Assembly (NCBI GenBank): GCA_038870635.1
Contig: JAVZJR010000004.1
Location: 21,025-85,024, forward strand
Reading direction: 5' to 3'
Length of the DNA stretch: 64,000 bases
From: Candidatus Bilamarchaeaceae archaeon
Lineage (GTDB): Archaea; Micrarchaeota; Micrarchaeia; Anstonellales; Bilamarchaeaceae
Under the pieces are notes generated by a model. That model saw only the letters and a list, made by a program, of their open reading frames with translations, was not told the origin of the DNA and made no database searches. Shown in pieces: positions 1-10,116 of the stretch. The first letter of the stretch is position 1. Every line of letters begins with the position of its first letter. The position numbers and the translations under genes are program-made.

Positions 1-18
1 TTATATGATAGTGTTGCA

Positions 19-1233
19 ATGTCAGAATACGTACAACAACATTCTTGGCGCTTGGCAGCTCAGATATTTACCATGAGGACAGAAGAAATAAGAGATATGA
101 ATGCCGCAGAAAGAGCAGCGTATCGTGATGTAGCTGCGGCGCAAGGTCCTTTTATGCAAGCGAAGGACTGGGCAATAGACAGAGCACCTAGACTTACTCC
201 GTTACAAGGCTGCCCCCAAATAACAGAACATTCATTCCATCATGGGCCCGGCCATTTGCTTGGAACTGTGAAAAATTATTTAGGAGCTACTATGACTCAT
301 TGGGAGTGGACAGCGTTTTATGCTTTGTATGGTTGGCCAATAGATATTGCTGGTAAAATCCACAAACCTTTTGCAGGAATATTTAGGAATATACAAGTTG
401 CTATGCAAGGGTATCCATCAAGGTGGAACCAACATGTAGATGATGCTTTGAATACATTTGAGTATACGAAACCCCGACTACTCGAAGCAACCAGAAGTTT
501 AGGAACTGTTTTTAGTAGCAGTAAACTTTCTAAATTGAAACTATGGCAAGAGGCTGCAGAGTGGCGGCAGACTGCAGGAGAAGATCTATTAGCCGGTCTT
601 AAACAATCACCTTCAGATATTTTCATAAGAAGAAGCGGTATTTTTGCTAATGCGAGAACAGGTATGGCCAATCCGGGTACCACTTACTATGACTACCGTT
701 ATGAGTTGAAAGTAGATGAAGTTATAGCATCATATTTCTGGAGAAACAGAGATGCATTATATATGTTTGATAAAGAAATGAGCGACTCTGCTTTTCGTTC
801 TACTCTAAGAAGAACCGTTTCCGCTGAAGCGTTATCACTTAAATATGATCATGAAATACGTGGCGTTGCTATCGACCAGCACCCTCTAGCTGGTTTACTT
901 ATTCCAATTTTATTTCCTTACCACGTCCCCATACCATTTTATCCATCTCAGTTTACACCAAGAGAATGGTTGAGCCGCGTTGCACAGAAAAGAAGATTTG
1001 AAGGCGAAGGGCCATCATTTGCTGAAAACATAGTAGAGTTGTCAGAAAACCTTGCCAGAGGTGCCTATCATGCGATGACTCCATGGAAAGGATCCTCAAT
1101 AGTTTATTGTCCGAAGTGTGGTAAATCGAATTATGTAGGCACGGTTTGCAGATGCGGTACAGTAATATATGGTGTAAAGAAAAAAGAACCACGCGAAGAC
1201 TACGAAGAGCATTATTTTAGAAAAGCTGCATAA
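19..1233 (+). CDS. Hypothetical protein, Trp/Arg/His-rich, with a C-terminal zinc-ribbon-like motif
   Basis: 404-aa ORF. C-terminus reads CPKCGKSNYVGTVCRCG. G+C is visibly higher than most of the window. No family recognised. Confidence 0.55.
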   Translation: MSEYVQQHSWRLAAQIFTMRTEEIRDMNAAERAAYRDVAAAQGPFMQAKDWAIDRAPRLTPLQGCPQITEHSFHHGPGHLLGTVKNYLGATMTHWEWTAFYALYGWPIDIAGKIHKPFAGIFRNIQVAMQGYPSRWNQHVDDALNTFEYTKPRLLEATRSLGTVFSSSKLSKLKLWQEAAEWRQTAGEDLLAGLKQSPSDIFIRRSGIFANARTGMANPGTTYYDYRYELKVDEVIASYFWRNRDALYMFDKEMSDSAFRSTLRRTVSAEALSLKYDHEIRGVAIDQHPLAGLLIPILFPYHVPIPFYPSQFTPREWLSRVAQKRRFEGEGPSFAENIVELSENLARGAYHAMTPWKGSSIVYCPKCGKSNYVGTVCRCGTVIYGVKKKEPREDYEEHYFRKAA

Positions 1234-1304
1234 TTTTTTATTTCTTTAATTTTTTTGCACTTCATAAAATAGATTTTTAATTACTTCCTCGTTTATTATC
1301 GTGT

Positions 1305-3899
1305 ATGCGTTTACGTTTTTTTTATTTTTTGTTTGTATTAATAACCAGCAGTTTTTTTGTTAGTGGTTGTATCCAGCAAATTGGGGCTTTTGATTCATTT
1401 TCACGTGAATACGCTGCCGGTTTAAATTGGCAGGAAATGGCATCGCCTGAAAAAGAATGTCAATTAGGAAATTGTAGTTGTATGGTTTGTAAAAACGGTC
1501 CTTCGATATGGCCGATGCTGAGCTCGCTAGCGGGTGGTTATTGCAAAATAGATAATGAATGTACAACAGATAAATTTAATTCTTATAATAATGGTAGTAC
1601 GTCTCTTGGAAAAAATTTTTCTGTTCGTCAATTTATGATAGGGCAGGGACCCTCAATTTACGCTGCCGGGGCAGCTAATACCCTTTGTAATGGGAAACTT
1701 TCTATGGCCGTTCATTGGCTTATAGGTTCAAAAAATAAAACATATGATGGCGTAGATGTTGATCGCGCAGTTTGCCTTCTTGACAAAGGTGTACTTCCTG
1801 TTTTTGTGCTTTATAGTAAAGGAGAAAACATAAATGCTACAAGAGCAAGAGAAATCGCTGCAATTTTAGGCCACGATGCAAAATTAATAAGAAAGGGTGG
1901 TGCTGCCGGTCCTGCCGGACCAGTTATAATAGTGAGTGAACTTGAGTTTAATTCTAGCAATAATGATCAAGTTAACGCTGTTGCAGAGCAAATAGATGCT
2001 ATAAACAAAGCGTGCAACGATTGGTCTAACACAAACGCGCCATTAGTTTATTGCTTTGCGGGCGTTGCGCCTAAAATAGGAGATAAAGACGGTTTAGACA
2101 AGGTTATGGCTATTTTGACTTCGTGGTATGGTTATAAAGAGGAAGACTTGAAGAAGTTTGTTATTTTGGCATATGGTCTTAACTCTCATTATGTGAATGG
2201 CACATGTAGTGGGGACAGAATGATACTTGACGCTGTTGCTTTTTCTCGCTATGCGCGTAATAAATATGGAATAGTTTCAGTAATTCCTTATGTGCTTGTA
2301 GATGTTAACCAACCAGATGTTAGCGGTAGATGCATTTGGCGTGAGGGGGATGCAATAAATGCTTATAATTCAATATTTTTTAATGGAATACCGACTTTGA
2401 TAAAATATGGGGTTATTGGTATTTCGCTGTATTCTCCTGACGCAAGTACTTTTTCTAATCCTTTAGGTTGTGTTGATTGCGGCGTTGTTCAATATGAAAT
2501 GAGAAAAAGAGCATGGTTTGGTAATTGCCAAAAATACACGACAACAGTATACTCACCATCTTCAACTCAGAGTGAAATAGTAGCTATACCATCGAATCTT
2601 ATAAGATTTCCTAATAATGATGCCGCTAATTGCGGAACAACTTTAGAAGAGGTTTCTGCGAGTATATTTAATGTTCCATCCCAAAAAAAGTCAGGTGAGT
2701 TGTTAGATATTTTTAATCCGCCAGTTCCTGAGATGGGTAAAGAAGTTACCAAATATTGGTCTTGCGATAGTTGTATTTCAGAAAAGAAAAATATTACAGA
2801 AATTTTCAAGAAGACGGGTGGCGGAAATGTTATACTTCGATATAAAAAACAACCTACTGTTGTGGCCGGTTTAGATGTTTGTAAAAATTATACAGAATTA
2901 GATTTCTATGCCTCACGTTTTAACGTTGACCCGATGCTTGTAAGAGCAACTGCAGCCGCTGAGAGCGGTTTTGATAAATGTGCAGTTGCAAGAGTTTGTA
3001 AAGGTGGTGTCAGCTACCAAAAATGCGTTCCTGGTAATTATAATATTGGTTATGACTTTATGAATGACCCATCAGGGGATTGCAAATTTGAAGATATACC
3101 AACTGATAGTAAAGGTGATCTAAAATACACTTTTGTTGGCCTTGGCTTAATGCAAGTGCTCGAGAGTCCATATACTTTTTGGCCACCTGATGGCCCTTAT
3201 AAAGAGCATTTTTTAGAAGCTTATAAATACGGCCGAAGAGAAGAAATAAATTTAGTGAGTTCGGTATGTGGCAATAAGTTTAATCCATTTAATGCTACTG
3301 ACGCTGCCTGTTGGGGTACATGGAAGCTTTCAAAAATGCTGTCTGATAGTTATAAAGACGCGGTCCAATTGGCAGTTAATGAGTCTAACACAGATGAAAT
3401 AAAATCGCTTAGCGCATTAGTGGCGGTATATAAATACACTGGTTGGTGGGGCGCTAATGCTGGCGTCTATGGTCTTACTGTTTGCTACTCTCCATCATCA
3501 AAAACAGTTGGTACCTGCCTTATAGAAGCTTATAAGGGTAGTGAGGTTTCTAATTGTGCGCTTGGTGCTAACGGCGAATGTGTTGGTGGCGAAGGTTGCG
3601 TTTTAAGTGCGACTGGTACTTGTATTGTAGATGAAACGAATTGCTATTATTCAAAAGATAACCCCAAGGACTTCATTTGGTTTGTTGATTGTGTTATCAA
3701 AAATAAAAATCTTATGAGCGGGGACACTACCTATGCTAAAACTGGTCTGCAAAGATTAGGTTATTATGAGTGGCTTAATGAAAATTGTGCGCAAGCAGGT
3801 TGTCCCTCTTGGAAAGCGTTAAATGATGTTGTGGCTGAATACGGTGCGGGTAAAAAATCAGAAACTCCTTATCAACTTTATGAAGATTTTTATAAATGA
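1305..3899 (+). CDS. Secreted Cys-rich lipoprotein-like protein with lytic transglycosylase (SLT/lysozyme-like) motifs in the C-terminal half
   Basis: N-terminal hydrophobic segment ends in the lipobox-like FFVSGC. Motifs AAAESGF (Glu codon 2961-2963), GLGLMQV (3144-3155) and AVYKYTG resemble the SLT blocks ES / GLMQ / AYNxG. Many Cys. Confidence 0.6.
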   Translation: MRLRFFYFLFVLITSSFFVSGCIQQIGAFDSFSREYAAGLNWQEMASPEKECQLGNCSCMVCKNGPSIWPMLSSLAGGYCKIDNECTTDKFNSYNNGSTSLGKNFSVRQFMIGQGPSIYAAGAANTLCNGKLSMAVHWLIGSKNKTYDGVDVDRAVCLLDKGVLPVFVLYSKGENINATRAREIAAILGHDAKLIRKGGAAGPAGPVIIVSELEFNSSNNDQVNAVAEQIDAINKACNDWSNTNAPLVYCFAGVAPKIGDKDGLDKVMAILTSWYGYKEEDLKKFVILAYGLNSHYVNGTCSGDRMILDAVAFSRYARNKYGIVSVIPYVLVDVNQPDVSGRCIWREGDAINAYNSIFFNGIPTLIKYGVIGISLYSPDASTFSNPLGCVDCGVVQYEMRKRAWFGNCQKYTTTVYSPSSTQSEIVAIPSNLIRFPNNDAANCGTTLEEVSASIFNVPSQKKSGELLDIFNPPVPEMGKEVTKYWSCDSCISEKKNITEIFKKTGGGNVILRYKKQPTVVAGLDVCKNYTELDFYASRFNVDPMLVRATAAAESGFDKCAVARVCKGGVSYQKCVPGNYNIGYDFMNDPSGDCKFEDIPTDSKGDLKYTFVGLGLMQVLESPYTFWPPDGPYKEHFLEAYKYGRREEINLVSSVCGNKFNPFNATDAACWGTWKLSKMLSDSYKDAVQLAVNESNTDEIKSLSALVAVYKYTGWWGANAGVYGLTVCYSPSSKTVGTCLIEAYKGSEVSNCALGANGECVGGEGCVLSATGTCIVDETNCYYSKDNPKDFIWFVDCVIKNKNLMSGDTTYAKTGLQRLGYYEWLNENCAQAGCPSWKALNDVVAEYGAGKKSETPYQLYEDFYK

Positions 3900-3904
3900 A
3901 ATTT

Positions 3905-5149
3905 CTATCCTTCACTTTTTACTGTAACCTTTTCATCTATTGATATTATAGAGGAAAGTGGCAGTTTAAACTTTTTCTCAAAGATAGTTTGTAAGATTAA
4001 TTTTTCTTCTTTCACATCTACGCCAACTATTTTTCCAATGAGGCTTCCATCCCTTCCGACTACTTCCTTCCCCTCCATTTTCATTCTACTTATTATATCT
4101 GTTCTAATCCAAGAAAGCGCGATAGTACTTATATAACCTAGAACTAGCGTGATTATTATTGTCAGGAGAAAGTCACTAAAAGCGATGTATGGTGGATAAA
4201 GATTTAGCACCCATTTCGAGCCGACATCTACTACCATCGCAAAAAGAAGCGCCATCAGTGAATATAGCGCGTATCTTGTTATGTTGTACACCTTTCGCTC
4301 AGCCTTGGAATCCATTACTTTTCCTATAATTATGAGAAAGAATGCTATGAGAGTGGGCCATAGAGTGCCTTGCACTACATATGCTATTGTTTTTTCGCTC
4401 GTGAGAGCCCTTATATTGGCGTTATTATAATTTTGGTAAGCAGAGGTGATTGCAATGGCGAATAATATGATGCTTCCTAAATAACCTATCCAACTTGTTT
4501 TTTCAATTGAAAACCTAAAATCTTTAACGAAACTTATGATTGCTTCGTCTATATTTAACATTCTAACGATTAGATATGCACCAACTACTATACCTACTAC
4601 TTCCCAACCTAATCCAAGGTAGGATGCTGTTGAAAGCATTAGAATCAATAAGGCGGGTATACCTATTATTATTCTTGAATAGTATGGGTCTTTTATTTTC
4701 TCTAAAAGTATGAAGTAAGTCTTTTCAAGTTCTTTCGCTTGTTTTACAATAACAATCTTCGTAGAATCTATTTTTATGCGAGATTTTACTATTGGAAGCA
4801 CTTCCTCATCAGAAGCTCCATCTGAAACTAATATGGCAGAAATTGGTTTTAACTCTTCTATTATTCTATCTAGTTGTTCACTTATTTTTTTATCTGCGTC
4901 ATAGCCTAGTTTTTTATCACCAGTGAGGGTTACTATCTCTACTGTTTTTCCTTCATTTTTCATTTTATCATAGAGCTGGATTGCTGAAAATATTGCGTTG
5001 ACATCGCTATCTTCTGGGTCAGCAAGACCAAGTTTTGTAGCTGCAAGAAGGTTCTTTTCTCTACCTACAATTGGCCCACTAACTTTCCCCTTTTCGTATA
5101 GGTCATTATCTCTATCAATACATAATATCAGTATAGGTCTTTCCATCAA
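3905..5149 (-). CDS. DUF373-like archaeal membrane protein
   Basis: The soluble N-terminal domain (ILCIDRDNDL...GREKNL..A.KLGLADPEDSDVNAI) followed by multiple TM helices matches my recollection of DUF373. Confidence 0.6.
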   Translation of the reverse strand: MMERPILILCIDRDNDLYEKGKVSGPIVGREKNLLAATKLGLADPEDSDVNAIFSAIQLYDKMKNEGKTVEIVTLTGDKKLGYDADKKISEQLDRIIEELKPISAILVSDGASDEEVLPIVKSRIKIDSTKIVIVKQAKELEKTYFILLEKIKDPYYSRIIIGIPALLILMLSTASYLGLGWEVVGIVVGAYLIVRMLNIDEAIISFVKDFRFSIEKTSWIGYLGSIILFAIAITSAYQNYNNANIRALTSEKTIAYVVQGTLWPTLIAFFLIIIGKVMDSKAERKVYNITRYALYSLMALLFAMVVDVGSKWVLNLYPPYIAFSDFLLTIIITLVLGYISTIALSWIRTDIISRMKMEGKEVVGRDGSLIGKIVGVDVKEEKLILQTIFEKKFKLPLSSIISIDEKVTVKSEG

Positions 5150-5250
5150 ATGAGTTAAAGTGAGAATTATTTATAAAGATAAACCATCTTGAACATACTT
5201 TTCATTATGTGTTAGTAAATATTTATAAATGTTTAATGAGAAAGAAATAT

Positions 5251-6207
5251 ATGGCCTTTAAACAAAAAACCGATCAGGCAGATAATAATAAGAAAAATCT
5301 TAATATGCTTAATAACGTTCCGAATAAAGAGAGCATCAATGCTTCACGGGTAGAGGCCGAAGAAATATTGAAGAATGAATTTGCGACTACTGCCCTAAAA
5401 AAACATGCTTTGAGCATTCTAAGGCAAAACCATATAACAGAAAGCGCACCTCATGTTGTTAAAATTGTGTTTGCTTCTGTTATACAAGAAGATTTATATC
5501 GAAGTGCTTTCAAATTGCTTGCCGAATGGTTGCAGGAAGGGGAGGGCAGCGTAGCTGATGCTATAATAAATGAACTTCGTGTTAACAATAGTTCAAGTTC
5601 AATAGAAATTTTTTTTGATCTTGTTGACTACGCTCCTAAGCTATTTGCCCAAGAAATGCTGAATAATATTTCAGATACAAGATTGTCTTATTTTTTAAGG
5701 ACACTTTTTATAGATTATATTGTAACAACACAAAATGAGATGTTTATGTATTCTTTCAGACAAAAAGCTAACACTCATGTCTTGAAAATAATAGAAGACT
5801 CTGAAAGTGTTATAAATGGTTTTCTAATTTTTAGCAATAAGATTAACCAAACAAAAAACACACGAGATTTTATGTCAATGGAAGATGAAATAAGCGGCGT
5901 CGTTTCACTTTTGGTTCGCATTTCTAGTGCAGTTGAATTAAACAAAGAAACGCAAGAAAGAATTAGTCAATTTGCAATCGACTTGTGTAGTAAAGGATAT
6001 GATCTTTTTGCATTACAACTTATTGAAAAAATTAATATACCCTCATCATTGATGGTTTTGGATATGGTAAAACAAAATTTAAATGACAAATTGCAAAAAC
6101 GTTCTTATTCCTCTCTAAAACAAAAGAAGGAGTGGGAAGAAATTTTAAATAAAGTTGAGGCCGAAATAAAGAAAAGAGGGGTAGTCTGCGATTTTTTCAA
6201 TTGTTAA
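5251..6207 (+). CDS. Hypothetical helical protein
   Basis: ORF 5209-6207. I prefer the ATG at 5251, which lies about 21 nt downstream of TATA-like TTTATAAA (5222-5229), implying a leaderless mRNA. No family recognised. Confidence 0.45.
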   Translation: MAFKQKTDQADNNKKNLNMLNNVPNKESINASRVEAEEILKNEFATTALKKHALSILRQNHITESAPHVVKIVFASVIQEDLYRSAFKLLAEWLQEGEGSVADAIINELRVNNSSSSIEIFFDLVDYAPKLFAQEMLNNISDTRLSYFLRTLFIDYIVTTQNEMFMYSFRQKANTHVLKIIEDSESVINGFLIFSNKINQTKNTRDFMSMEDEISGVVSLLVRISSAVELNKETQERISQFAIDLCSKGYDLFALQLIEKINIPSSLMVLDMVKQNLNDKLQKRSYSSLKQKKEWEEILNKVEAEIKKRGVVCDFFNC

Positions 6208-8561
6208 TCATGTAAACTAAAATCTGTTTTATCATCTTCAATACTCTTCTCAGTTAATCTTGCCAATCTTCGTAAAATAACCTTCTGCTCAGCGCTTGCG
6301 ACTATTCTTCTCGTACGTTCTATTGCATCAGGATTTACACTAATTGAAGTTATTCCAAATTCTACTAATTTTTCTGCGAAGTCTGGATAAACTGATGGCG
6401 CTTGACCGCAAAGCGAACACGTAACTTTGTATTTGTTACATGTTTCTACGACGTGCTTTATTGATCGCAATACTGCTTCATTTCTTTCATCAAATCCCTT
6501 TGCAAGTGTTGCGTTATCACGATCAATCCCCAAAGTTAGTTGGGTAAGGTCATTACTACCTATTGAAACACCATCTATTCCCTCTTGGCAGAATTGGTCT
6601 ATGAGAATAACTGTGCTCGGCACCTCAACCATTATCCATAGTTTAAAATCACGAGTGCGATATATACCAACTCTGTGAAGTTGCTCTTTTATAGCTCTCA
6701 ATTCACCTATCCTTCGAACAAAAGGTATCATTAACCACAAGTTTTTGAGATGGTACTCGTCCCGTACTTTCTTTATTGCGCGCAATTCCAGTTCAAAAAC
6801 CTCTGGTTCTTGGATGTATCTTGCAGCGCCGCGATACCCCATCATTGGATTCTCTTCTTTTGGTTCGTATTGTTCGCCACCCTCCAAGCTTCTGTATTCA
6901 TTTGTTTTAAAATCCGTTGCACGGTAAACAACCGGCCTTGGATAAAATGCCGCTGCAAATCTTCGCATTCCTTCTGCAAGTTTATTTATATACTCTTCTG
7001 CTTTTCCTTCAGCAATCATTTTCTTTGGGTGCACCCCAATATTCGCTATCATAAACTCTGCGCGGAGAAGGCCCACTCCATCTACCGGAAGTTTTGCAAC
7101 TCTTTCTGCTTGATCAACATCCGCAAGGTTCACATATATCTTAGTTCCGGTTACTGGTGCAGTTTCACTTAATGTTACCGCACCAATTTCTTTTTCTTCT
7201 TTCTTAGCTTCTAAAACACCAGAATAAACAATCCCGCTGTTACCATCTACACTTACTATCTGCCCTTCTTTTAGTATAGTTGTCGCACCACTCGCACCTA
7301 CTACACACGGCACACCTAACTCTCTGCTAACTATTGCTGCGTGACTCGTCATACCACCCGTGTCTGTTACTATTGCTGCAGCTCTTTTCATACCCGGAAC
7401 ATAATCTGGCGTTGTCATTTCTGTTACTAGTATATCTCCTCTTTCTACTCTTTTTATTTCTGCTGGACTTTTTATTATTTTTACTGGACCAACTCCAATT
7501 CCAGGTGAAGCGCCAAGACCGCTGACTAATATCTTAACCTCCTCTTTTTTAGTTGTAGCTTGCTCTTGCTCAAGTTGGGATGTGGCTACTGGTTCGATTT
7601 TTTTCTTTAAGGTGGTTATCGGTCTTGCTTGTACAATGTAGAGATTTCCTCTCTCAAAAGCATACTCTATATCTTGTGGACTACCATAGTGTTCTTCTAT
7701 TTTTACGCACATCTTTGCAAGGTCTTTTATCTCAAGATCACTTAGTTTTTGTAGTTGTTGTGCTTCTTCTTTTATACTAACTTTTTTATTTTCTCCATCT
7801 ATCTTAGCTATCATCCATGTTTGTTTCGCTATTTTTTTATCTATTATCTTAAAGTCTCTTTTGTCGACAATATAGGTATCAGGAGTTACAAGCCCGCTCA
7901 CGACAACTTCACCAAGTCCATAGGCAGCTTCTATTGACATCTTATTCCTATCTTGTGTTATTGGGTCTACTGTGAATACTACACCTGCCTTTTCACTTTG
8001 CACCATCATCTGCACAACCGCTGCTAATCCAACCTTCATATGGTCGAATTTATTTTGTACACGATAAAATATTGCGCGGGGCTCAAAAAGTGAAGCCCAA
8101 CATTTTCTTACCGCATCGATTGTTCCTTCTGGTCCCCGTATGTTAAGAAATGTTGCCTGTTGGCCTGCAAAAGATGCAGTTGGAAGGTCCTCTGCTGTTG
8201 CCGAACTTCTAACCGCTACAAAAACTTCTCTGCCGCTCATGTCGCATAGTTCTTTGTAAGAGCGCGCGATGTCGTTTTTTATGTCTTCTGGTATTTTTCC
8301 GTTAATAATCATTTTTTTTATTTCCTCTGCTGTTTTTTGCAACTTTTCAGTATCATTAACATCCAACTTATCGAGCATATCTTTTATTCTTTCTCTAAGG
8401 TTGTTCGCATCTATGAACTTAAAATAAGCACCGCTGGTTACTACGAAGCCATTTGGTATGGGAAAGCCATTATAATACATTTCACCAAGATTTGCTCCTT
8501 TTCCACCTGCTTCTGCCAAGTTTGATTTATTAAGCTCCTTAAACCACATGACATTTTTCAT
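6204..8561 (-). CDS. ppsA: Phosphoenolpyruvate synthase (pyruvate, water dikinase)
   Basis: Shows an ATP-grasp N-terminus, the phospho-His swivel motif GGMTSHAAIVSRELG and a PEP-utilising TIM-barrel C-terminus. Start placed at MKNVMWF, after the SD-like GGTGGGT. Confidence 0.9.
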   Translation of the reverse strand: MKNVMWFKELNKSNLAEAGGKGANLGEMYYNGFPIPNGFVVTSGAYFKFIDANNLRERIKDMLDKLDVNDTEKLQKTAEEIKKMIINGKIPEDIKNDIARSYKELCDMSGREVFVAVRSSATAEDLPTASFAGQQATFLNIRGPEGTIDAVRKCWASLFEPRAIFYRVQNKFDHMKVGLAAVVQMMVQSEKAGVVFTVDPITQDRNKMSIEAAYGLGEVVVSGLVTPDTYIVDKRDFKIIDKKIAKQTWMIAKIDGENKKVSIKEEAQQLQKLSDLEIKDLAKMCVKIEEHYGSPQDIEYAFERGNLYIVQARPITTLKKKIEPVATSQLEQEQATTKKEEVKILVSGLGASPGIGVGPVKIIKSPAEIKRVERGDILVTEMTTPDYVPGMKRAAAIVTDTGGMTSHAAIVSRELGVPCVVGASGATTILKEGQIVSVDGNSGIVYSGVLEAKKEEKEIGAVTLSETAPVTGTKIYVNLADVDQAERVAKLPVDGVGLLRAEFMIANIGVHPKKMIAEGKAEEYINKLAEGMRRFAAAFYPRPVVYRATDFKTNEYRSLEGGEQYEPKEENPMMGYRGAARYIQEPEVFELELRAIKKVRDEYHLKNLWLMIPFVRRIGELRAIKEQLHRVGIYRTRDFKLWIMVEVPSTVILIDQFCQEGIDGVSIGSNDLTQLTLGIDRDNATLAKGFDERNEAVLRSIKHVVETCNKYKVTCSLCGQAPSVYPDFAEKLVEFGITSISVNPDAIERTRRIVASAEQKVILRRLARLTEKSIEDDKTDFSLHD

Positions 8562-8633
8562 ATACCCACCCACATCTTAGATACCCCTTCTCCTGCAAGA
8601 GGTTGTGGATAGATATCTCGAATAAGTTTATAA

Positions 8634-9266
8634 TTATTTTTGTGTGCTTTTTTCAAACCAGTTTGTTATGTTTTTTCTAATTAGTTCATAGGTATCGTTA
8701 TACATTTTATATATTGGATTCTTCTCATTGTCATTCATAAATTCCACAACTCGCATTAAGGTTACCAACGTAAAAGAAATTAAAACTGAAGTTGTAAATG
8801 CAATCGGTGATAAATATTCGCGTGGTATCGTTATAAGCCCACCCATAAAAAGACCAAGAAAACAAACTAAGTCACTAGGAAAATTTTTCTTTACAAATTC
8901 TAATAATATATTTTTCTTAAAAGAAAAATCTACTTTATCTAATACTCTTGTAACTTTTTCGAGTGTCGTTGTATTTTTTATTTCTTTTTTTATTAATTTT
9001 TCCTGTATTTCTAATTTTTTCTCTTTTTTCCTATACTCATTTTCTATTAAGAGCATTGTAGCACGCAGGATTTTTGCATCTAGTTTTTTATCTTCATAAT
9101 CTAGACTATACATCTCATTTTTTACATTTTCCCATGCCAATTCTATTTTCTTTTTTTCATTTAATAGTGAGTAATATCTTCTGAGTAGTTGTTTTAGATT
9201 TTTTTCTCTTTCTCTTTCTATTTTTTTGAATTTTTCTATTTTTAGTCTCGATAAAGAACTATCCAT
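8634..9266 (-). CDS. Hypothetical coiled-coil protein with C-terminal TM segments
   Basis: 210-aa ORF with a K/E-rich heptad-like N-terminus and two hydrophobic stretches (VCFLGLFMGGLITI, FTTSVLISFTLVTLM). Confidence 0.45.
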   Translation of the reverse strand: MDSSLSRLKIEKFKKIEREREKNLKQLLRRYYSLLNEKKKIELAWENVKNEMYSLDYEDKKLDAKILRATMLLIENEYRKKEKKLEIQEKLIKKEIKNTTTLEKVTRVLDKVDFSFKKNILLEFVKKNFPSDLVCFLGLFMGGLITIPREYLSPIAFTTSVLISFTLVTLMRVVEFMNDNEKNPIYKMYNDTYELIRKNITNWFEKSTQK

Positions 9267-10084
9267 GCGTAACCACCGTTATAACTTATTTTAACTGCTG
9301 TTTTTTCATCACATTCCATAAAGAGACTGCTTTTTTTATCTATTGCTTCTAAAGGAACGTTTTCAATAAGTAAGAAATTCAATTTTTTCCCATCTTTTTC
9401 TGAGTTTATTATATTTATTACACCGTATGATTCATTTTCAACAACCCTTACGCTTTTTATAATGCTTAAAAATTTTTCTAATGAGAAATTGGCCATATTT
9501 TCTCGTTTTTCTAATATTTTAGAATTAGATAGTTTTTCCAGTATGTTTTTTGTTATATCTTTTTCAAGTGGTAGCACCATATCACTCGAAAGAACTTCTA
9601 TTAGTTTTTTTACTTTTTGTTTTTCATCTTCATTAAGTAACATATATGGTTGGGCCTTTTCATAAAATATAGAGTAATTTCTTTCATTTTTTATGCTACA
9701 CGTATTGTCCATTTTTTGTATTTTTTTCTCAACCATCATAACTGCCGTTAATTTTAGTTTTAGAACATCGCTTATCTCTTTTTGGTTTCCTTGGGCGTAT
9801 GGTATCAAATCGATTCCATAATTATTTTTCGTTTCAACTATTTTTTTGTACGTTTCTTCATCTACGATTACAGATTTTTTTGCGTATTGAATTTTTATAC
9901 TCCCATAAGGGCTGTTGCATCTTACAACATCTATGATGCCATCATTTTTTTGGCATAGTAAATTTATTTTTTTTTCTTTAGCTGTTTCTTTCTCTTTAAA
10001 CATCGCCAGTTCATCTTTTTTATTTTGCTGGTTTGGCTCTTTTATGTTGTTCTTTTTGCTAAAAAACCGCTTGAATATGCACAT
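9242..10084 (-). CDS. Hypothetical protein
   Basis: 280-aa ORF that overlaps the downstream ORF by 25 nt. No family recognised. Confidence 0.45.
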   Translation of the reverse strand: MCIFKRFFSKKNNIKEPNQQNKKDELAMFKEKETAKEKKINLLCQKNDGIIDVVRCNSPYGSIKIQYAKKSVIVDEETYKKIVETKNNYGIDLIPYAQGNQKEISDVLKLKLTAVMMVEKKIQKMDNTCSIKNERNYSIFYEKAQPYMLLNEDEKQKVKKLIEVLSSDMVLPLEKDITKNILEKLSNSKILEKRENMANFSLEKFLSIIKSVRVVENESYGVINIINSEKDGKKLNFLLIENVPLEAIDKKSSLFMECDEKTAVKISYNGGYAWIVLYRD

Positions 10085-10116
10085 GTTGTATTATATGTAT
10101 AAATAAGATTATAAAT

